Position numbers and translations under genes: made by a program. DNA of 63,753 nt, filler included, from Stramenopiles sp. TOSAG23-6 (Eukaryota), in assembly GCA_900128565.1 (NCBI GenBank). It is 23 parts of 23 records of this genome, joined end to end, with 100 filler letters (N's around TTAATTAATTAA, not from the genome) between each part and the next. Parts side by side here need not be neighbours in the genome. Positions count along the whole stretch, not along the records: positions 11,188 to 13,872 come from LT637869.1; positions 13,973 to 16,656 come from LT637870.1; positions 16,757 to 19,438 come from LT637871.1; positions 19,539 to 22,220 come from LT637872.1; positions 22,321 to 25,001 come from LT637873.1; 18 more parts are not named here. One strand, 5' to 3'. A model generated the notes under the pieces. It ran no database searches. It was not told where the DNA came from and worked only from the letters and a program-made list of their open reading frames with translations. Positions 11,247 to 23,332 of the stretch are shown piece by piece. Position 1 is the first letter of the stretch. Each line of letters starts with the position of its first letter.

Positions 11247-12979
11247 GCAGTGCTAACAGACAGTGATCCTTCACATGATTTCTTTCGTATACAATTAATT
11301 TGTACTTTACTATCGGCCTGCGCAAAAGCAAAAAATTCAAAAATTGGTGTTTATTTACGTCCAAAGCAAAAAATCAATTCTCAATCTGCAGTTAAAATTT
11401 TAGAATTTTTTCATTATTTCATGCGATATATTCGTTACAAGTGGGGAATTACGTTAGAAACAAAATATATGGTTCATGTATGTTTTATTTTATTTTTTTC
11501 GGTAAAAAAAAATCGAATTTTTTTTTTATAGTAAATTTTGTACCTAACAAAAAACTTTTTTTTTTTCGGTAAAAAAAAAATCGAATTTTTTTTTATAGTA
11601 AATTTTGTACCTAACAAATTTTAGTTTTTTTTTTTTGAAATATTTTTACAAAATACATGACGTAGTTTCATTATTCTTTGGTACTGATTTTGTTATTCCA
11701 AATACTGTAGAAGAAGCACTAAAAGCAGTGAAAGCTTCAGAGGCAAGTCGAATATTACGGAAACAAGCTGAACAAAATTTATATTCGAGAGAAGCAGATC
11801 GATTTCGTGCTTCAAAAAATATAATGAACGATGATAAAAAGAATTATGATAATAATGATACTATTGATGATGATAATGATAATGATAATAATGATAATAA
11901 TAATAATGATAATGATAATAATGATGATGATAATAATGATAATAATGATGATAATGATGATGATAATGATGATAATAATGATGATGATGATGATAATAAT
12001 AATAATGATGATGATAATAATGATGATGATAATGAAGATGATACTATTGATAATGATAATGATAATGATGATGATGATACTATTGATAATAATAATGATA
12101 ATAATAATAATGATGATGATAATGAAGATGATATCAATGATAATGAGGATGATAAAGTATTAGGTGGATTAGGGTTTGAAAAAACTGAAGAAAATTTATT
12201 ATTTGAAAGTATGTTTAATGAAATGCTTCTAACAGATTCAACAACAAAAGCCTCTACTTTAGTTAATGCAAAGACAAATATGAGTAGAATGTATATCCCT
12301 CATCAAATTTTACATGGAAAATCTACAAATGATAAAAAAGATCCAGTAACAATCAAATCAAGACGAAATTCAACAATATCAATTATATCAGATTATTCTA
12401 CAAAATCAAATAAATCTGAATCATGTGATGATAATAATAATGATAATAATGATAATAATGATGATAATGATAATACTAAAAAAAACCTAACTGAAGAAGA
12501 TGATTTCAATAGTCTTTTAAATATGACTGGAGCTACGAAATTAGTTGAAGTAGATGACGCTTTAGACATGTACGTTTTCATCATGAATTTATTAATTTAT
12601 TTATTTTTCATACGAAATTTCGTACCTAACGATTTTTTTTTTTTTATAAAATTCGTGTTTTTTTTTTTCACAATACATGACTGGTGCTATAAAATTTCGA
12701 TTTTTACGGAGAGGACAACGGGGAAAAATTGAAACTTCTGATTTGTATGTACCAAATACGACACGATTGGGTGTTAATTTACATGCTCATGCCGAACAAG
12801 ACAGAATTGATCATGAACAGTTGAAAGAAAAAATTCTAGAATATAATTTTGATGATGAGAGTGAGTATCCTAGAGAGCAAGAAAAAGATAAGCGAAAGCC
12901 TCGATTTCAACAAAGAACGCGATATACTGGAAATTTCAATAAAGTAAGAAATACCAATCATAATTGGCGCAATCGTTGA
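11247..12979 (+). CDS. UPF2: Nonsense-mediated decay factor UPF2, C-terminal part
   Basis: DFFRIQLICTLL (MIF4G-3), Asp/Asn-rich tract, C-terminal UPF1-binding-like segment; GT-AT introns 11478-11658 and 12570-12678. Confidence 0.85.
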
Positions 12980-13166
12980 TGAAGAGGTATATAATACATC
13001 ACATCATTTTAAATAATTTTAAATATGTATTTGTGTAGGTGTATGCAAAAAAGAAAAGTTTTAACTCTGTAGATATTTTTTAATAGATGATGGGATGATT
13101 TATTACAAAATAAACAAAGTTAAGATTTCCATTGTTTAAAGTTGGAGTACTATTATTTCAATTGGT

Positions 13167-13872
13167 TCATGTTGTATCTTCAATTGTCAAGCTAGTGTCT
13201 GATTGNGCAGATTTTATTATNGTTGAAATCTCTTGCATTAACATATTATTTTTTTCTAATAATCTCTGATGCTGCTTTAAAGCTTCTTTACATTTCTGAC
13301 ATTCTTCAGCATTAGTACAATGACTACATGAATTGTCTTTATCTACTTGTGTTGAAGTATTACCTGATGTTGGAGATAAATTTTGGAGTAAAGTGTTGCT
13401 TACATCTAACAGTTTATTATGATGAGCAAGTGCTTCTTTGCACCTACGACATGCCGCAGGATCAGTACAACTACTACATGGATTACTATTACTCTTTGCA
13501 CTATTACTTCTTCTGACAGCCAATTCTTGTAATAACATGTTACTTTTATCTAACTGATGATCATGTTCAGCTAACGCTTCTTTGCATTTGTGACATTCTT
13601 CAGCAGTAATACAATGACTACACGGGTTTTCATTTTCTTTTGTTGTCGTATTGTTACCTGTTTTAACAACTAATTCTTGCAACAACATGTTATTTTTGTC
13701 TATTGTTTGTTCATGCTTTTTCAATGCTTCTTTACATTTCCGACATTCTTCAGCATTAGTACAATGATTACATGGATTATTTTCATCTACTTGTGTTGGA
13801 GCACTGGCTGATTTTGGAGATATCTCATTGAGTAAACGTTTATTTATGCTTAGTAGTTTATTNCGCTTAGCC
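13167..13872 (-). CDS. Repeat protein with tandem CxxCxxxxxCxxC-coiled-coil units (5' truncated)
   Basis: At least 4 units like NPCSHCxxAEECxKCKEALxxH...NMLLQE. Confidence 0.6.
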
Positions 13873-14025
13873 NNNNNNNNNNNNNNNNNNNNNNNNNNNN
13901 NNNNNNNNNNNNNNNNTTAATTAATTAANNNNNNNNNNNNNNNNNNNNNNNNNNNNNNNNNNNNNNNNNNNNTACGAAATTTTGTACCTAACGATTTTTT
14001 TTTGAAATATTTTTCCAAAATACAT

Positions 14026-14371
14026 TGCACTTGGTCTCACTGATATTTTTATTGAGGCTAAACCGATGGATGTTGATAAATGGGAAAAGCAACGCCAGCC
14101 TAGTAGAGTAAACATGAGCGAAATTGCACCAACTGTTGCTAGGAGTAGAAAATTGCTTTTACAGGCACATATGGGTAAAGATGCGTATTTTGCAAGTCAT
14201 CGCATCGAAACGCAAGAGTTGGATGCTTTGAGAAAATCGAGGGAAAATGCAGCTGAAAAGGATAAATTATGGAATCCACAATTTGGAACATTACCGTCCG
14301 TGGATGATGATGATTTTCATGAAACAAAGGATGGAAATAATACTTCAGATTCTATGGAAATTGATGAATGA
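14026..14371 (+). CDS. Terminal exon of unknown protein
   Basis: Open frame after branch motif and CCAAAATACAT intron end. Confidence 0.55.
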
Positions 14372-14416
14372 ATAATAAATTAGACTGTTTGTTTTATCTT
14401 CAACCTATTTTATTGT

Positions 14417-14932
14417 TTATACACAATACACACCGTCTGCTGGCGATTTGCTTTCTGCGACAGTCCATATAGGTTCCATACAAGCAGTGATTGCAGGTGG
14501 CAAACCCAGTTTTATATTAAGTCCTACTAATTTCATTTGAGCCTCCTCAATGGCACCGTCGCATTCAGTAATACTAATGAGAGCACGGACACAAAATTTG
14601 CAGACACGAGATATTGAGTCATTCATAACATCCCGTAGCTGATCACAAGATAAATTTTGAAATTTTTCAATCAATAGGTTTGCGGATGGAGGAGTGGACA
14701 TAGTCACATGAAACCCGTTAACTTTATATCCACACCTCTCCAGCACTGGGCGGACGTTTTTTGCAACTGAAAGGAAACTAATGAACTTTTTCTTCGCAAA
14801 AGGTGTTGTTTTGTCCGAAATTCCTTCAAAAATTGAGTTTTTCGCACTTGTAACAGTGTCACCAGCTTTACTAATATTTGAGCTTATTTTTCTGGTAACT
14901 TTAGAAGTCACATTTTTCCCTTTGGAGATCAT
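14417..14932 (-). CDS. Hypothetical protein
   Basis: 171-aa ORF with protein-like composition; start uncertain. Confidence 0.45.
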   Translation of the reverse strand: MISKGKNVTSKVTRKISSNISKAGDTVTSAKNSIFEGISDKTTPFAKKKFISFLSVAKNVRPVLERCGYKVNGFHVTMSTPPSANLLIEKFQNLSCDQLRDVMNDSISRVCKFCVRALISITECDGAIEEAQMKLVGLNIKLGLPPAITACMEPIWTVAESKSPADGVYCV

Positions 14933-15283
14933 TATCAGCTTTGTTAGCCTTTCGCTTTCTTCCTAATGATTAGAATACTATAGTACTGTGGGCTACATGT
15001 ACTATATTTGGCTATATGTAAGACACNTTTTTNACAGTTAAATAACCGTCCATCATCAGTTACAAATTGTCTTTCCACGAATTTTCTACGTATAGTTACA
15101 TACACAATAATAGTAGGGGGTATATTTACTTTTTGTTGTGTTATTTACGACTATTATCTACCCTTCTGAGTGAAATCTACAGTATAATATCCGATCCATA
15201 CATTTATAGGTTTGTAGGTGTAGAGAAAGCAAAGGAAATAACTTGGAGTCTTTGAAAGTTTTAACGACAAGTTTGAATAATTA

Positions 15284-16656
15284 ATGGCCACAGATTTCTC
15301 TGGTAGTCCAAAGTCAAGTCCGGCTTCACCCCGAAGCCAAACAGAAAGTATCGAACAAAGTGACCATTCACATCGAAAACTTTCGTTAGATTCTTCATTA
15401 TCTATGGAAAATGTATATGAATGTGATGCTGAGGGTTGTCATTTTGAAGGTGGATTTGACCAGGTTGCTTCCCATGAAAAAGAATGTAAGTTTTTCTTAA
15501 GAAGCATCGATAATGATGAAATAGATTCTCAAAAAACCTCCACGGAAACAATTGAACAAAACATAGATATAAGATCTGTCCAATGGCTTGTATATCAAGA
15601 TAAAAATAGTGGATCACATTTTTATTATAACTTATTTACGAGTGAATCTCAGTGGAAAGCACCACCAGAAGGCACTTATATGACAAAGGAGAACTATGAT
15701 AAAGCACTTTTAGAATACAAAAAAAAACAAGCAATAACTGAAGAAGAATACCTGAAACATAGGGTTGCATTAGAAAAGGTCCATGCTGTACTTCCTGGTA
15801 GCATTGTTAATCATAATAGGCACAGAAAATCCTTGGTCAATGTTTTGTCGACGTTACCTGGTAATATAGATAATCACAGGAAACATAGAAATTCTTTTAG
15901 TGGAGTATTAGAAAACGTAAAACAAATAGATAAAAATATTCCACCTTTTTCAATTGAGAAACAAACTGATATAACAAAAGATTTTCATGCCAGAACAAAT
16001 AGTCCCAAAGATACCTTGCATAAAGCTAGATTAGATAAAAATGCAAATGTTCAACTAAATACATTCCAACGCCACCAACTTAGCACAAAAGATTCTCAGC
16101 GTCGTGTCTCTTTAGCGTCAGCTACATCTGTCGATAGTATTTATACATGTGAAAGTTCACAATGTAACTTTGAAGGATGTTTGGGAGACGTCACAGAACA
16201 CGAAAAACAATGTTCTCGCTATTTATTTGAACATTCAAACGAAACAAGTGAACACGTTAATAGAATAGCGACTGACACAGCCAAAATGCTAATTGAATCC
16301 AGTATATTGGACGATAAAACATTGGATACCATACCTATGGGAGATGATGTTTCTTCAGAATCGAATAAATTAGATGGAAATATATTAGATACTATACCGA
16401 TAGAAGAAGATAATTCTTCTTTGATAAGAAAGAGTTCTTTAGAAGGTAACTTATTAGATAATTTAGCTTTGCAAGAAGAAAATGTTTCTTTAGATTCGAA
16501 TAAATTAGATGGAAATGCATTAGATAATTTAGCATTGCAAGAAGAAAATAATTCTTCTTTGATAAGACAGAGTTCTTTAGAAGGTAACTTATTGGATAAT
16601 CTAGCTTTGCAAGAAGAAAATGTTTCTTTAGATTCGAATAAATTAGATGGAAATGC
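15284..16656 (+). CDS. WW-domain protein with two Cys/His motifs and C-terminal tandem repeats (3' truncated)
   Basis: WLVYQDKNSGSHFYYNLFTSESQWKAP; two YxCxxxxCxFEG...HEKxC motifs; repeated LDNLALQEEN. Confidence 0.75.
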
Positions 16657-16756
16657 NNNNNNNNNNNNNNNNNNNNNNNNNNNNNNNNNNNNNNNNNNNN
16701 TTAATTAATTAANNNNNNNNNNNNNNNNNNNNNNNNNNNNNNNNNNNNNNNNNNNN

Positions 16757-19254
16757 TTATAAATTCATATTGGACACGCACACATATTCAGAAACTCGCA
16801 GTTCTCATTGGAATCGGGTCCCTGCATTACAACGGTCGCTTCATGAATATGATTGGGTTTTCTACACAGATGCCGATACTATGATAACAAACGCAGCCAT
16901 TCGTCTTGAAGCATATATCTCTGAAGCGCATCGTTTGCATGCTTCAAAGTTTAATCAAAATATGGATGATTCAAACTCTCTCATTCCAATAGATTCGCCA
17001 TTTCTAATTGTTGGTGACGGAATGGATCTATTATCTGGAGGTTTCTTAATTAAGAATGACCCTCGCAGTTATATATTTCTCTCTAACTGGTGGACGTTTA
17101 GTTTTCGAAAGCAGTGGCAAACTCAGAAATTTAGTTTCCCACCTGACCAAATTGCAATGTCAGCAGCACTGCTCGATATGTATGTTTTATTTTTTTTCAA
17201 TTTCGATTTTTTTTCGTANNNNNNNNNNNNNNNNNNNNNNNNNNNNNNNNNNNNNNNNNNNNNNNNNNNNNNNNNNNNNNNNNNNNNNNNNNNNNNNNNN
17301 NNNNNNNNNNNNNNNNNNNNNNNNNNNNNNNNNNNNNNNNNNNNNNNNNNNNNNNNNNNNNNNNNNNNNNNNNNNNNNNNNNNNNNNNNNNNNNNNNNNN
17401 NNNNNNGTTTTATTTTTTTTCAATTTCGATTTTTTTTCGTACGAAATTTTGTACCTAACGGTTTCTTTTTGAAATATTTTTCCAAAATACATGGCTGAAA
17501 CATTTTTCTATAAAAGTATGATAAATGAAGATAACAAAAAGGTATGCGTTTCTGATCCTTCAAGAAAAACTGAGGCTCTGTGCAAAAATAATGAGAAATT
17601 TTCAAAGGAATCTTCAAAAGAAGATAGAATAAAACAATTTTTCCAAACGGGAAACGTTAACTCTGTAAGTGCATGCGTATTAACAAGTCATTTATTTTAC
17701 CAAAAATGGAATTCTTGTTGGCGATTAAGCATGTCGCGGTTTAGTCTTGTTATTGGCCAAAGGTCTTTTGGTGGAGTTCACTTTTATCCTGATGATCGAA
17801 CTCCTACTATAACTGAAAATAATGAAAGTATCAATAGTAATAATAGTATCCAACCTACATTTCGCCCACGGGCCTTCAATACAGTGGGCACAGTTGGTCA
17901 AAATTATTCTTCTCTAAACTACCACCCCGTCCAAATTTGGAGACCTGGAGATCTACTAGCTCATATAACAAATAGTATTGCCCTCGAAAAATTACTTGAT
18001 TTTAAAATATCGATGAAAGATGTTCATCGTGGTTTTGAGAAGGTATCAGAAGTTTCCGAATTATACTCGAAATCTAAACATTTGCAATTTATTGAGAAGA
18101 ATAGTAATTTCGAATTTGCCACACACACCACTCGCTTTAGTTTAGAATCTCTTCTTAGATTTTGTCCATTTAAATCTATTGATAAATTTGAAGGAGTACT
18201 ATATGATAGTACTCTTAGTAGTAGTGATAGTAATCGTGTATGTTTAATTTTTTTTGAAAGAGTCTACACAGAATAAGAGTAATATATCACAACAATATAC
18301 AGGCTCAAGTAGTCTTTTTAACAATTGGTGGAAAAATCCTGATGAATCAAATTTGAAACTTTTTAACATTTCATCTTCAAATACGACAAGTACAGTAAAA
18401 CAATCAAATGTTTCTGATGGGGATAAAATTGATTTTACAGTATTTTCACGTGTCGGACCACAAAAACATCTTGACACAACTGACAAAGAGTATTGTGGAT
18501 ACAAGTGTGACAATGTATGTTTTTTTTTTTTTCAAATTATATTTTTTTTCGTACGAAAGTTTGTACCTAACGATTTTTTTTGAAATATTTTTCCAAAATA
18601 CATGCTGAATACTCATTTGGTGGTAATCGATGGAAACAATATGTGCCAACTCAAGTTCACAAACCTCGTCGAGAGTTAGATATAGTTCATTGTGGAAAAG
18701 ATTCAACAGATCTATTTTTCCTCTATAGTATTATTGCTATACACCCAAAAAGAATATACGGTAAGAAAACTCCTTCTAAAATTGAGATAAAATTTTGGAT
18801 GCGAGGGGGTGATGATTTCAAATCAAGAGTTTTAGACTTTGTAACTTTACATGTTGATTACTGGGAATGGTATAATTACATGCTAGAATTTCTATCAACA
18901 AACCTACAACCTGCTTGTAAGCCAAATACTTGGGCTTCTAGGTTTTCAAGCATGATTCCCAAAGCAAAAGAAACACAGAAAATGGTTCCTTCATTTGATG
19001 ATGATCCAAGTATGATTCCCAAAGCAAAAGAAACACAGAAAATGGTTCCTTCATTTGATGATGAGCATAAAGAATTTGAGGGAGGTTATTACAGGGAAAT
19101 CCATGCTTTGAAACAATGTTACCCACCCAAGAAAGGTGATACAGAGTCCAAGTGTAACACATGTCTTCTTCGTGCAACTCTTGTACTGAAATGTGAAGAA
19201 CATTCGCCGTCCGTTGATATTACTACTATTTTTGGATTGAAAAATGAATTTTAA
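16757..19254 (+). CDS. GT34 (GMA12/MNN10)-like glycosyltransferase, 5' truncated
   Basis: WNRVPALQRSLHEYDWVFYTDADTMITN; GT-AT introns 17180-17492 and 18515-18603; probably collapsed intron at 18238; 60-nt tandem duplication ~18946-19062. Confidence 0.7.
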
Positions 19255-19593
19255 CTTTTATTTTAAATAAAATGACGCTTCTTTGCACCTACAACATGCC
19301 ACTGACACCAACCTTCACCATGACTTCAACGCGTTTCTTTTCTTGGAATCTCTATATTATATATTATACCACGATATAACATTGTGTTTAAAACGAAGGT
19401 ACGTTTATTTGTTTTATCTTTCCATTTAACGGATATACNNNNNNNNNNNNNNNNNNNNNNNNNNNNNNNNNNNNNNNNNNNNTTAATTAATTAANNNNNN
19501 NNNNNNNNNNNNNNNNNNNNNNNNNNNNNNNNNNNNNNTGAAATTTTTGTATCTAACAAATTTCAAATTTTTGAAATATTTTTTATACTATAT

Positions 19594-20787
19594 ACCTTGG
19601 CATTGTTTGGAGATGTGAAGCGTTTTCGTGAGGGAGTCATTCATGTAATTTCTTCTCTTTCATTTGATTTGGATATGAATGTTTCTGTATTTGAAACTAC
19701 AATTCGAATTCTAGGTGGACTACTGTCAGCTCACATGTATGACGTCATTAAAAAACTTTTTTTTTTTTTTTTTTTTTCCGATGAAAATATCTACCAATAC
19801 CAAAATAAAGTAAATGAATGTGTTGCATATGAAAATCTAGAGTGTCCAGAATGTATATATAACGATGGACTTCTTTTATTAGCGATAGATCTTGCAGATA
19901 GATTGTTACCTGCATTTGAAACTAGTACCGGGATTCCTTATGGAACTGTCAATTTGCGTCATGGCATACCAAAGGCAGAAACTAAAATTGCGTGTACCGC
20001 AGGAGCAGGCTCCTTATGTGCAAGAGAAGCAGTTAAAGCGATTGTCAGTCGTAAATCTAAAATTGGTTTAGTTGGTAAACATATAAATGTAGAGACAGGA
20101 GTATGGACAGAAAGAGTCAGTTCGATTGGACCAAATATTGACTCTTTCTATGAGTATCTTTTAAAAGCGTATATTTACACACAAGATGATGAATTATGGG
20201 AATGGTTTATTGATGCTTACAAGGCCGTGAATCGTCATTTGAAAATGGGAGATTGGTATGTGGATACTTTATTAGACTCTGGAAAACCTACAATAATTGC
20301 TTTTAATAATCTACAAGCATTTTGGCCAGGACTTCAAGTCTTAGTAGGTGACATTAGTGCCGCAACTAAAACACTTAACGCTTTTCATACTATTCAACGT
20401 CAGTATGGTTATGTCCCTGAAGATTACGATTTCCGTCAGAAAAAATTACTTTCACGTAGTGAATCTAAAAGGTATCCACTTCGCCCTGAATTAGCAGAAT
20501 CGACATATCTCGTGTATGCCGCAACAGGTGATCGTAGTTGGCTCTCTGCTGGGAAATCCATGCTACTTAGTTTAGAAGATCTTGTCACAAGTTGTGGAGT
20601 TGCATCCGTTGAGAATGTTGCATCAGGTGACTTAGAAGATGCACAACCTTCATTTTTTCTTAGTGAGACACTTAAATATTTATATCTTCTTTTTAATGCC
20701 CAAGAATCATCTTTTCAACCTTTTCCATATGAAGCTATATTCACAACAGAAGCTCATATTCTTCCTGTGCAGTTTTTTAATATATCT
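19594..20787 (+). CDS. EDEM-type GH47 alpha-1,2-mannosidase (partial; copy with 54-nt deletion)
   Basis: VSVFETTIRILGGLLSAH, DSFYEYLLK, YPLRPELAES, SFFLSETLKYLYLLF. Confidence 0.9.
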
Positions 20788-22165
20788 AGATATATTAAAA
20801 AACTGCACAGGAAGAATATGAGCTTCTGTTGTGAATATAGCTTCATATGGAAAAGGTTGAAAAGATGATTCTTGGGCATTAAAAAGAAGATATAAATATT
20901 TAAGTGTCTCACTAAGAAAAAATGAAGGTTGTGCATCTTCTAAGTCACCTGATGCAACATTCTCAACGGATGCAACTCCACAACTTGTGACAAGATCTTC
21001 TAAACTAAGTAGCATGGATTTCCCAGCAGAGAGCCAACTACGATCACCTGTTGCGGCATACACGAGATATGTCGATTCTGCTAATTCAGGGCGAAGTGGA
21101 TACCTTTTAGATTCACTACGTGAAAGTAATTTTTTCTGACGGAAATCGTAATCTTCAGGGACATAACCATACTGACGTTGAATAGTATGAAAAGCGTTAA
21201 GTGTTTTAGTTGCGGCACTAATGTCACCTACTAAGACTTGAAGTCCTGGCCAAAATGCTTGTAGATTATTAAAAGCAATTATTGTAGGTTTTCCAGAGTC
21301 TAATAAAGTATCCACATACCAATCTCCCATTTTCAAATGACGATTCACGGCCTTGTAAGCATCAATAAACCATTCCCATAATTCATCATCTTGTGTGTAA
21401 ATATACGCTTTTAAAAGATACTCATAGAAAGAGTCAATATTTGGTCCAATCGAACTGACTCTTTCTGTCCATACTCCTGTCTCTACATTTATATGTTTAC
21501 CAACTAAACCAATTTTAGATTTACGACTGACAATCGCTTTAACTGCTTCTCTTGCACGATTATAATATGCGGAATTACCTGTTAATTTGGTCAATGCAGC
21601 AAATTCTAATAATAAGGAGCCTGCTCCTGCGGTACACGCAATTTTAGTTTCTGCCTTTGGTATGCCATGACGCAAATTGACAGTTCCATAAGGAATCCCG
21701 GTACTAGTTTCAAATGCAGGTAACAATCTATCTGCAAGATCTATCGCTAATAAAAGAAGTCCATCGTTATATATACATTCTGGACACTCTAGATTTTCAT
21801 ATGCAACACATTCATTTACTTTATTTTGGTATTGGTAGATATTTTCATCGGTNNNNNNNNNNNNNNNNNNNNNNNNNNNNNNNNNNNNNNNNNNNNNNNN
21901 NNNNNNNNNNNNNNNNNNNNNNNNNNNNNNNNNNNNNNNNNNNNNNNNNNNNNNNNNNNNNNNNNNNNNNNNNNNNNNNNNAAAAAAAAAAAAAAAAAAA
22001 AAGTTTTTTAATGACGTCATACATGTGAGCTGACAGTAGTCCACCTAGAATTCGAATTGTAGTTTCAAATACAGAAACATTCATATCCAAATCAAATGAA
22101 AGAGAAGAAATTACATGAATGACTCCCTCACGAAAACGCTTCACATCTCCAAACAATGCCAAGGT
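20788..22165 (-). CDS. Mirror copy of the same EDEM gene (fold-back artefact)
   Basis: Contig 19539-22220 is a palindrome centred at 20787/20788. Confidence 0.85.
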
Positions 22166-22320
22166 ATATAGTATAAAAAATATTTCAAAAATTTGAAATT
22201 TGTTAGATACAAAAATTTCANNNNNNNNNNNNNNNNNNNNNNNNNNNNNNNNNNNNNNNNNNNNTTAATTAATTAANNNNNNNNNNNNNNNNNNNNNNNN
22301 NNNNNNNNNNNNNNNNNNNN

Positions 22321-23198
22321 TGGTACACTAAAGATATGTACGTTTTTATCATTAATTTTCAAATTGTTTTTTTCAAACGAAATTTTGTACCTAACGAAAA
22401 TTGTAAAGTTTTTTTTGAAATATATTTTTTCAAAATACATGTACAATTTCTCCTGCGCCACATAAACCTTGGTATCGTAGACGAAATTCTATAATGTGGT
22501 CAGCAATGCCAACTTCATATGAGACGAATTCGAATATTGGAGGATTCATTGAAGAGAGCAAAGTAGAGGTCAATGTATGTTTTCAAAGTTTATTTTTTTT
22601 TCAATTTTGAATTTATGTTTTTTTTTTTTCGTACGAAATGTTGTACCTAACCATGTTTTCAAAGGAATTTCGTTTTTATTTTTTTTTTCAAAATTTTTTT
22701 TTCGTAACAACTTGTACAAAAAAAAATATTTTTCAAAATACATTCATCTTGGTTTGGAAAAAGTAGTAATATATTTGATGATACAGTATCAAATATAGAT
22801 ATGAAATTTCTTGCTGGTAATTCTAAAGAAAAATGTGTAGTGACGCAATTACATCAAACACGTAACCCTAACCCTAATGTATATCGGACAGGATCCCAAA
22901 TACATTCAAATAGACAAATTCCGAGGCATTCGAGAGGACAAAGAAGATGTACGTTTTCAAATTGAATTTCGAATTTATTTAGTTTTTTCGTACGAAATTC
23001 CGTACCTAACAAATTTTACAAAAAAAAAAATATTTTGTGTACAATACATACGTATCAAATTCAAGAATGGGGGTGTATCCAACAGGAACTGCTCCTTGGG
23101 CCAGAAATACATCTGCACGATTTCCAGCTTCTAGAGAATCTCAACAACGAAATTTTGCTCCACCAGGATCAAAAGCTGAAATTGACTTTGCTGGTTAG
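22321..23198 (+). CDS. Unknown protein, 3' part, three GT-AT introns
   Basis: Removing 22338-22440, 22575-22743 and 22949-23049 gives one open frame (CTISPAPHKPWYRRR...AEIDFAG*). Confidence 0.7.
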
Positions 23199-23332
23199 GG
23201 TTAGGGTTCATGTGATCAAACGTAGATTATTTTGTAGTAAACATAAAATTGAAATTCATTATTACTTTTTATTTTTATTTTTGAAAATGTTTTTTCGTAT
23301 ATAAAAATTATAGATGATTACTAGGGTTAGGG

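Noticed and set aside
4698-12163. His-, Met/Ile- and Ser/Leu-rich ORFs, and ORFs starting MYLTN or MKYFSKIH
   Set aside because: Alternative frames of GAT/AAT trinucleotide tracts, or translations of intron motifs.
18238-18271. 34-nt GT-AG intron without a branch motif
   Set aside because: More likely a collapsed family intron, given the other deletions in this assembly.
19539-22220. Giant palindrome with two EDEM copies (hairpin chromosome or RNAi locus)
   Set aside because: Spacerless mirror that folds back within the reading frame and has identical ends; typical amplification or assembly fold-back.
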